Positions 1 through 6,138 of a stretch of DNA of 51,103 bases are shown here, piece after piece. A program made the position numbers and the translations under genes. Under the pieces are notes generated by a model that saw nothing but the letters and a program-made list of their open reading frames with translations, ran no database searches and was not told where the DNA came from. The DNA comes from a virus, in IMG/VR virus record IMGVR_UViG_3300045988_112499; one strand, written 5' to 3'. Numbering within the stretch: position 1 is the first letter of the stretch; each line of letters starts with the position of its first letter.

Positions 1-89
1 CCCAAGAGTGGAAGCCTCCTAAACGCCTAATTTTATCTTGGTAGCGGGACCCGGGATTGAACCGGGGACCTCATGATTATGAACTCTAA
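1..89. repeat. Terminal direct repeat, left copy
   Basis: Bases 1-89 are identical base for base to 51015-51103. Confidence 0.95.
39..89 (-). tRNA. Partial tRNA gene, 3' portion only (T arm, acceptor 3' strand, discriminator A, encoded CCA)
   Basis: Minus strand reads TTCAT-AATC-ATGAG-GTC-CCCGG-TTCAATC-CCGGG-TCCCGCT-A-CCA; no complementary 5' acceptor strand exists in the window. Confidence 0.7.
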
Positions 90-177
90 GGTCTTTTCCT
101 TCTATCTAATTGCAAAGAAATAACTTGCAGACTTTCCCTTTTTTCTCCGTACTACTATCGTAACACTTTTGCGCTTT

Positions 178-206
178 TTAAAAATAATCCCCGGATTTCT
201 CCGGGG
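178..206 (-). terminator. Rho-independent terminator after the lysis operon
   Basis: CCCCGGA (189-195) / TCCGGGG (200-206) stem with a 4-nt loop, followed on the minus strand by a T-rich run (plus-strand A-rich run at 178-187). Confidence 0.6.
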
Positions 207-263
207 AATTGGAACACCGGGCCGCAACTCCCGGCGAACGCAACATTGATGCAAAGATATGCT

Positions 264-857
264 TTATTTTGAAAAGAACCGCTTGACGTTTTTAAAAATC
301 TCCTTTCGCTTGAAGTAGAGAAATACGCCAACCGCCAATAAAGCCAAATAAAAAATATATCTCCAACGTTTCGGATCGGGAACGGGTGTTTCTTGCTCTT
401 TTTGAATATTGTTATCCTTAAATGATTCATGATTGGTCTTCTCGCTTTCAGAAACGGCCCTATTTTCGACTTTCCCCGTTTTGCTGAATACTTTATTGAC
501 CGACAACATTTCGATTGATTTGACGGCTCCTTTTGGCTTTTTGTTTTCCGGCGGTTTATATTCTGAAGGCAAAGGAATATTATTGGCATGTAGAACGGAA
601 TCTTCGGGTTCTGATCCTGTTTCGTATTCTCTTGCGTTTCGGGCCGGATCAAAATATTCGATTCGGGTGTACGTGATTTCAAGACCGGACATTTTGCTTG
701 TGTCTATCCGGGTTTCAATGAATGATCTTTCATTTTCTTCCTTTGTAGTGTTCTTTTCGGAAGAAAAAGTCATTTCGGACAACTTCTTAACTGAAGAACA
801 CGACAAGCAAAAGAACAAAGACCAAAGTAAAACAAAAATATAAAACAACTTTTGCAT
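264..857 (-). CDS. Putative unimolecular spanin (N-terminal lipoprotein-like signal plus C-terminal TM helix)
   Basis: N-terminus MQKLFYIFVLLWSLFFCLSCSS; C-terminus WRYIFYLALLAVGVFLYFKRK; last gene of the holin-endolysin cassette. Confidence 0.45.
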   Translation of the reverse strand: MQKLFYIFVLLWSLFFCLSCSSVKKLSEMTFSSEKNTTKEENERSFIETRIDTSKMSGLEITYTRIEYFDPARNAREYETGSEPEDSVLHANNIPLPSEYKPPENKKPKGAVKSIEMLSVNKVFSKTGKVENRAVSESEKTNHESFKDNNIQKEQETPVPDPKRWRYIFYLALLAVGVFLYFKRKEIFKNVKRFFSK

Positions 858-859
858 AA

Positions 860-1438
860 CTACAAGTTTTTAAGTTCTGATAATCTATTCAACCACCCTT
901 TGCGGAAACGTTTTTGGGTGTATTTTAGAAGTTCGGCTTCTGTTGCTTTTCGGCCGATCTTTTTTTCATACTCTGAAACGGAACGTTCGACAATGTTGTT
1001 GATAAACTTCACACGTTCGTCATATATTGCCAAAAACAAGGATTTGGGATCGGCAAAGTTTACCGCTTCGATAGTCTTAGGGCCAACGATACCGTCAACA
1101 TCAACACCAAGAAGACGTTGCGGAATTTTTATTCCATGCGATCCCGAAGCCCAAACCCAATCAACCAAAATATTTGCGATTTTTTGGTCGTTAATAGTGT
1201 CCGCTTTCCAACGGTTCCAATAATGGGGAACCAACACCCGGTCCCGGACATCTTCATTCGTCAACAATTTTAGATCATCAACGTCAATGTCCCCGTCACC
1301 GTCCTTGTCATACCCAACTTGTCGCCAAGTTGTTATTGTAACGCCTTTGTTTGTTGCGCCGCCCCGATCCGTTGGATCATTTACGAAACCACCTTCCCAA
1401 CGCAAAATGAATGGTAACAAAATATTAGCATTTGCCAT
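860..1438 (-). CDS. Endolysin, GH108-type muramidase with C-terminal peptidoglycan-binding domain
   Basis: [24 protein letters not shown] matches the GH108 EGG...D.GG.T..G signature; 14-nt overlap with the holin gene. Confidence 0.8.
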   Translation of the reverse strand: MANANILLPFILRWEGGFVNDPTDRGGATNKGVTITTWRQVGYDKDGDGDIDVDDLKLLTNEDVRDRVLVPHYWNRWKADTINDQKIANILVDWVWASGSHGIKIPQRLLGVDVDGIVGPKTIEAVNFADPKSLFLAIYDERVKFINNIVERSVSEYEKKIGRKATEAELLKYTQKRFRKGWLNRLSELKNL

Positions 1439-1919
1439 TATCGCCCCCTTTCTTTAATTCGTGCAAATCAATGTCAAAGTGTCTTTCGGTTTTATCAACC
1501 ATGATTCTTTGTGCTATTTTAGCCCATTTTGAATCATTGCAAGACGATTCATTTTCCAACATTGACCAAACTTGCCAAAAGCATACAGCCCCGGCGACAA
1601 TGTTTGCCAACTTCACGGGCAATCCTTCAAGAATGTATGTTTGTATCAAAAACGCAAGAACGGTCAAAGCGTAGACTTTAATCAAAGTTACAAAGACACG
1701 TCCGGCATAGTTGCTCTTAAACTTACCGTCATTTGCTCCGGGGAATTTCTTTTTTACTCTTCGGGATAAAGACCAAGCCGTCCAACAATCCATGAAGACC
1801 GCCAACGTGCAAATCAAAATGAACGGAACGGTTGGTTCAAGGAAAGCACACACCGCACCGAATACACCGAATAAGTATTTGCCGACTGAATTAAAAATCG
1901 CTTTCAAAATTTCTTCCAT
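1425..1919 (-). CDS. Holin (multi-TM)
   Basis: Several hydrophobic helices ([46 protein letters not shown]); immediately upstream of the endolysin. Confidence 0.6.
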   Translation of the reverse strand: MEEILKAIFNSVGKYLFGVFGAVCAFLEPTVPFILICTLAVFMDCWTAWSLSRRVKKKFPGANDGKFKSNYAGRVFVTLIKVYALTVLAFLIQTYILEGLPVKLANIVAGAVCFWQVWSMLENESSCNDSKWAKIAQRIMVDKTERHFDIDLHELKKGGDNGKC

Positions 1920-1922
1920 GAT

Positions 1923-2321
1923 TTATGTAAATTGAAAACACTTGCCAACCTTGACAATAGTAGTGTCCATAGGGTACAAGTTAAGAAGCGGCAATCCTTT
2001 GGATTCACGATCTTTATTGATGATTGGAATACGTTGTTCGGCTTCCTGTATAGCACCAATTAGAACGTCTGATCCTGTAAAACAAGACCGTCTTTGCCCT
2101 TTCGGATTTCCGTCTTCTCCTTTTTCCCAAGACCCGTCCGGCAACCAAGTTGGGAAACATACTTGCATTTGCATACGCAAACCGCTTGAATTTTTCCCCG
2201 GAAAATTCGTCGGTTTGATAATTGTTTTTTCAATCAAGATGTGTTGTCCGAAAAGTTCGTCCATTTCGATTCCCTTTCCGACAACAACATCGGTTGTAAC
2301 CCCAAGATCACTAAATTTCAT
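1923..2321 (-). CDS. Hypothetical protein
   Basis: 132-aa ORF tightly packed between DGR-side genes and the holin; no recognisable motif. Confidence 0.5.
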   Translation of the reverse strand: MKFSDLGVTTDVVVGKGIEMDELFGQHILIEKTIIKPTNFPGKNSSGLRMQMQVCFPTWLPDGSWEKGEDGNPKGQRRSCFTGSDVLIGAIQEAEQRIPIINKDRESKGLPLLNLYPMDTTIVKVGKCFQFT

Positions 2322-2339
2322 TGTTGAAAGTATTAAAAG

Positions 2340-2723
2340 TTATTGAATAAGTTGACCCGAATAGTTTAGAAAGTCGGATTCAACCATTTGTTTAATTTCT
2401 TCTACTTTGTTCAAATAAGCAATATACTTGTCTTGCAAAGTTTTATCCTCTGAAATCCCAAGTTCAAAACGCTTGTTGTCATTTGCAAGGTCTATTTCTT
2501 GCGTCACGTCCCAAGTGTTTGAAATTACGGCCTTTTTTACGGTTTTTGATGTTGGTATCCCCCACACCTTTACGCTTTCACATTCCCAAGACTTCTTGAC
2601 GGGAACATTTTCTTGATCAACTTCTTGCGGCTGATCAACTTCTTTGAAATCGTAGTTGTAAAACCATGAACCATTGCCAAGATTTTGAAATACATTTGGC
2701 TTATCGTCTGAAACTGATTTCAT
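2340..2723 (-). CDS. Hypothetical acidic protein downstream of the DGR RT
   Basis: 127-aa ORF overlapping the RT 3' end by 23 nt; not helical-bundle-like. Confidence 0.5.
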   Translation of the reverse strand: MKSVSDDKPNVFQNLGNGSWFYNYDFKEVDQPQEVDQENVPVKKSWECESVKVWGIPTSKTVKKAVISNTWDVTQEIDLANDNKRFELGISEDKTLQDKYIAYLNKVEEIKQMVESDFLNYSGQLIQ

Positions 2724-3711
2724 ACGCTGAATTTTTTAAAAGTTTGTTTACAAGGTTTATTGAATCGCAATACTTACACCAACCCCACCAACTGCAAATC
2801 TGTTGTTTGAAGGATTCAAATTTTATGTCTGTCTTTTTGTTCAATTCTGCAACCCGGCGGCAAAATCTTTGCTTGATAGACTTTCGTAAAAGTGTGTGAG
2901 TATGAAAGAAGCGGTATCCTAAAAAGTCAATCCCCCGTGAATCGACCGGAAATACTTGAAAATTGTGCTTGATTTTCAATTTCAAATTGTCCCGAAGGTA
3001 AACCCGCATTTCACGCAATAAGGCGTGAAGTGATTCTTTGCTTGAAGATAGAATCACAATATCATCGGCATAGCGATAGAAATATCTTACTTGCTTGACT
3101 TCTTTGATCCAATGATCAAAATAAGCAAGATATAAATTGGCGAAATATTGGGATAAGTAATTCCCAATAGGTACACCGTCGGCCGAATCAATAATTTCGT
3201 CAAGTAACCAAAGCAAGCGTTTATCCTTTATTTTTCTGCGAATAACCTGTTTTAGTATATCGTGATCAATAGAAGGATAAAACTTGCGAACATCTATCTT
3301 TAGACAATAAATTGTGCCTTCCGGGTCTGTCTTTAAATCATATTTGACCCGTTTAGCGGCTGCATGTATTCCCCTATTCTTGATGCAAGAATAGGTGTCA
3401 TTTGTGAAGACTGAAACCCAAATCGGTTCAAGAACATTCATAATTGCATGATGCGTGATCCTATCCGGGAAATATGGAAGTCTAAAGATTTGCCGTTCTT
3501 TTGGTTCATAAATTGTGAAGACATCATACTGTGACGTCTTGTATGTTTGAGTTAAAAGCATTTCTTGAAGACGCAAAAGATTCTCGTCACGGTTTTTGTC
3601 GTGCCGTTGGACCCCGTAAGATCGAAGCTTTCTTCTGCGGGCTTTTTCATCGGCCAATCGCAAATTCTCAATGCTACAAATCTGATCATACAAATTTCCA
3701 AGTCTTTTCAT
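2701..3711 (-). CDS. DGR reverse transcriptase
   Basis: YADD catalytic motif (RYADDIVILS) and the DGR-type IGNYLSQYFANLYL motif; adjacent TR/VR pair. Confidence 0.95.
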   Translation of the reverse strand: MKRLGNLYDQICSIENLRLADEKARRRKLRSYGVQRHDKNRDENLLRLQEMLLTQTYKTSQYDVFTIYEPKERQIFRLPYFPDRITHHAIMNVLEPIWVSVFTNDTYSCIKNRGIHAAAKRVKYDLKTDPEGTIYCLKIDVRKFYPSIDHDILKQVIRRKIKDKRLLWLLDEIIDSADGVPIGNYLSQYFANLYLAYFDHWIKEVKQVRYFYRYADDIVILSSSKESLHALLREMRVYLRDNLKLKIKHNFQVFPVDSRGIDFLGYRFFHTHTLLRKSIKQRFCRRVAELNKKTDIKFESFKQQICSWWGWCKYCDSINLVNKLLKNSAYEISFRR

Positions 3712-3727
3712 TTATCTTCATATTATT

Positions 3728-3746
3728 GTATATCAGTGTGATATAC
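3728..3746. promoter_or_regulatory. Dispersed palindrome copy 1: G TATATCA GTG TGATATA C
   Basis: 16 nt upstream of the RT start codon, inside the TR-RT spacer. Confidence 0.8.
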
Positions 3747-3837
3747 GTTTGCTTATATAATGGGGGTCTTCGGGCTTTGATACCCTACCAACACCGTTTT
3801 ATAAAATTTATTTTTTGCCCTTGGTTTCCCAAGTCAT

Positions 3838-3856
3838 GCAAAACAAACTGTTTTGC
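3838..3856. other. Hairpin in the TR-RT spacer
   Basis: GCAAAAC (3838-3844) / GTTTTGC (3850-3856) with a 5-nt loop. Confidence 0.4.
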
Positions 3857-3890
3857 TTTTGTGGCAAGGTTTCCGTCGATGCAATATTTT

Positions 3891-4008
3891 TATAAGCATA
3901 GCTGAGAACCGATATTCGCATTCGTATTCGACGCCGTATTATTCGTATTCGAGTAGCTGACACCTGCATTCGCACCATTATTCGAAGAACCGCTGAACAA
4001 CACACCCC
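3891..4008 (-). repeat. DGR template repeat (TR)
   Basis: 118 bp aligning without gaps to VR1 (offset +193) and over 78 bp to VR2 (offset +37679); 30 adenines on the minus strand; nine AAT codons in the VR reading frame. Confidence 0.95.
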
Positions 4009-4065
4009 GACGACGGACAACCCTTTTATTTCAACTCAAAATTTCAAAATTCAAAAAACGATTCG

Positions 4066-4080
4066 GGGCGTTACACGCCC
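4066..4080 (-). promoter_or_regulatory. GC-rich hairpin immediately 3' of VR1
   Basis: GGGCG (4066-4070) / CGCCC (4076-4080) with a 5-nt loop, spanning the stop codon of the target gene. Confidence 0.5.
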
Positions 4081-5405
4081 GGTAAAAAGCAAAGCCGAGA
4101 ACCGACAGACGCAGCCGCATTCGACGCCGTATTAGCCGTATTCGAGCAGCCGACACCCGCATTCGCACCATAAGACGAAGAACCGCCGAACAACACACCC
4201 CTTTGAGCTTCACCGGAAGCCGGAATATTTGTATAGAAATAATCTGAAAAATATGTCGTCGATCCGGCCCCAACTGCAAGCGGCATGAATTCACCATATT
4301 CACCGATAATCATTTCCTTGATATAACCTTCTTTGCGTGGCAATACGCCCCGTAATTCATAGTTATTATAGTTTGTATCTTGGAAATATTGCGGGTCCTC
4401 ACAAGCGTAAAATTCAGATAATCCCCCGTCGGTTTCTGATTGGATACGGCATTTACAACCGTCAACCCATGACCAAATATGACCGAATGGATTTTCTATT
4501 CCACGATAAGAAGGAACACCAACGGTCAAGATCGTAGTGTCATAATCTTGCGGTAAGTTGTAATTGACAACTCCGGTTGCATTACCTAATGAATTGGTTA
4601 CACCGCAAGGAAGAAGCGGATAATAACCTGTAAAATTGCTCCATTTCGTACTGTTTACCGTAGTAACTCCCGCACCCAAGCCGCCTTGCTTGTATCCTTC
4701 CGAAGTTGGTTGCGCATTGAACGCTAATTGGCAATTAAAGTTTGCATACTCAACGGCACGCAACCAATACAACACACGTTGCACGAAGTATGTGTCGCAA
4801 TTCCAATTGACTGATCCACGATTTCGGGCGTACTTTCTGAAGTTGGTTAAACTGATTGCAGTTGCGGGACGTCCTAATTGCGTTTTGCTTAGTTCGTCCC
4901 AAGCCGTTTGATTTCCCCCGCCCCTGTAATCGGCTGAAGTGTTGACAACTGAAGACAATTTCAATGTCGAACGTTGAAGGGCGGCTTCATACGCTGAAAT
5001 ATACATTTTCGGGATGCGTCTAAATCCGGGCAAAGCGTATATTGACATCAAACAACGGCGTTTAGTTCCTTCCATTTCAAAGCGGACATAGTGTTCCGGT
5101 ATTTCGACCATGACTTGCCCGGTTGCCCCCGTCAGATCAGCCGCCGCACCGTTGTCACGTTTAGTCGAATCATTGGCATGAAGATAATAAACCACGTTTC
5201 CGGCATCATTCAAGATGCAACGGCGCATAAGTGATTGAATAGGCAATGAAACATGAAGTTCCGGTCTGCCTAAACGAGTACAAGCGGAATCGGCAACATT
5301 TGTGTCCCATTCGATCCCATAAAAGTAATTATAGGGGAATTTTGGTTCCGTTCCCCCGATTCCAATTAAGATTCCCATATCAATAGCCCCATTTAAGTTT
5401 GACAT
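4071..5405 (-). CDS. DGR target protein 1, tail-associated receptor-binding candidate with C-terminal C-type-lectin-like VR
   Basis: 444-aa ORF ending in VR1; located directly after the tail-fibre genes. Confidence 0.9.
   Translation of the reverse strand: MSNLNGAIDMGILIGIGGTEPKFPYNYFYGIEWDTNVADSACTRLGRPELHVSLPIQSLMRRCILNDAGNVVYYLHANDSTKRDNGAAADLTGATGQVMVEIPEHYVRFEMEGTKRRCLMSIYALPGFRRIPKMYISAYEAALQRSTLKLSSVVNTSADYRGGGNQTAWDELSKTQLGRPATAISLTNFRKYARNRGSVNWNCDTYFVQRVLYWLRAVEYANFNCQLAFNAQPTSEGYKQGGLGAGVTTVNSTKWSNFTGYYPLLPCGVTNSLGNATGVVNYNLPQDYDTTILTVGVPSYRGIENPFGHIWSWVDGCKCRIQSETDGGLSEFYACEDPQYFQDTNYNNYELRGVLPRKEGYIKEMIIGEYGEFMPLAVGAGSTTYFSDYFYTNIPASGEAQRGVLFGGSSSYGANAGVGCSNTANTASNAAASVGSRLCFLPGV
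4084..4201 (-). repeat. DGR variable repeat 1 (VR1)
   Basis: 19 mismatches to TR, every one at a plus-strand T (minus-strand A) of TR; encodes the C-terminal GVLFGGSSSYGANAGVGCSNTANTASNAAASVGSRLCF. Confidence 0.95.
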
Positions 5406-5652
5406 TTGACAATGAAGTTTGCTTCACTGCCTTTATAATTTCCGGGTTCCAACCCGGATAAAGCCTTGTTTCAATGAAGGTCCCGTCGTCCATTCCGGCG
5501 GGCGTAACTTCAAGATAGACGTCTTCATTTCCTTCATTCTTTAAAAGGAAGGCTTGACCGTCCGGCAATGAAAAGTTGCTATCTTGCAACCCTTCAATAT
5601 TGCCAAGCTTGGCAACTTGCGGACTTACCATTTCACCACTTCTTGTGTTCAT
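5380..5652 (-). CDS. Hypothetical protein upstream of the DGR target
   Basis: 90-aa ORF overlapping the target gene start by 26 nt. Confidence 0.5.
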   Translation of the reverse strand: MNTRSGEMVSPQVAKLGNIEGLQDSNFSLPDGQAFLLKNEGNEDVYLEVTPAGMDDGTFIETRLYPGWNPEIIKAVKQTSLSNVKLKWGY

Positions 5653-5685
5653 AAGTTGAAAATTTTAGTTCAAAAATAGGTTGTA

Positions 5686-5704
5686 TTATATCACTGTGAT
5701 ATAT
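5686..5704. promoter_or_regulatory. Dispersed palindrome copy 2: T TATATCA CTG TGATATA T
   Basis: 33 nt upstream of the ATG at 5652; followed on the minus strand by TATTTTTG. Confidence 0.8.
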
Positions 5705-5734
5705 TGTTGAATAAAAAAAGCGTAAGTTTCCCGC

Positions 5735-6127
5735 TTAGATCAACGATTCAAGACGGTTGATTTCATCTCTAATTGATTGACGTTCTTTGTGTAATTCGTC
5801 AACATCATAGGGCATTTGTTCACCAATCAAAGAAGCTTCTTGGCATTTGATCACTTTATAATCTGAAGACGATAATACTTCTTTCAAATTATCAATCTTC
5901 TTTTGAGTATAAACCGAATCAACCTTCACTTCCCAATATTGTACAAGTTTTCCGTTTTCTTCTTTGTAGGAATCAACGGCAACTTCACCGTCTTGAACGG
6001 TTGGTTGTATCGACGAAACAAGATTGAGAAACCCGGCATTTCTCAAATTCGCCATTTTTACACCGTTGTTCGGATCACAAAACCGAACATCAATCATTCC
6101 TTCGTTATCAATTTTTGCTAATTCCAT
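5735..6127 (-). CDS. Hypothetical protein (tail module)
   Basis: Start moved to the ATG at 6127 (MELAKIDNEG...) to avoid overlap with the upstream gene. Confidence 0.5.
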   Translation of the reverse strand: MELAKIDNEGMIDVRFCDPNNGVKMANLRNAGFLNLVSSIQPTVQDGEVAVDSYKEENGKLVQYWEVKVDSVYTQKKIDNLKEVLSSSDYKVIKCQEASLIGEQMPYDVDELHKERQSIRDEINRLESLI

Positions 6128-6138
6128 AATTTTAATTT

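Noticed and set aside
71-89. Reading TTCATAA (minus strand) as an anticodon loop with anticodon CAT (tRNA-Met/Ile2)
   Set aside because: The flanking 5-mers TAGAG and TCATG cannot pair as an anticodon stem. The segment folds better as a variable-arm hairpin (TTCAT-AATC-ATGAG), so the anticodon probably lies outside the window and tRNA identity cannot be assigned.
155-843. ORFs 155..682 (minus) and 433..843 (plus) overlapping the spanin candidate
   Set aside because: They are alternative-frame or antisense ORFs with low-complexity translations. 264..857 has a coherent signal peptide and TM architecture and fits the lysis cassette.
3838-3860. Hairpin GCAAAAC/GTTTTGC followed by a T run on the plus strand, read as a plus-strand terminator
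   Set aside because: No plus-strand gene lies upstream. On the transcribed minus strand it lacks a T tract, so it is recorded only as a structural element of the DGR spacer.
3808-4303. Track ORFs 3808..4020 and 4031..4303 (minus), with Arg/Ile-rich repeats such as RIRIIRRRIRMRI and RIRLIRRRMRLRL
   Set aside because: They are off-frame readings across TR and VR1. TR is a non-coding template, and VR1 is read in the frame of the 444-aa target gene. The similarity between the two ORFs only reflects TR/VR homology.
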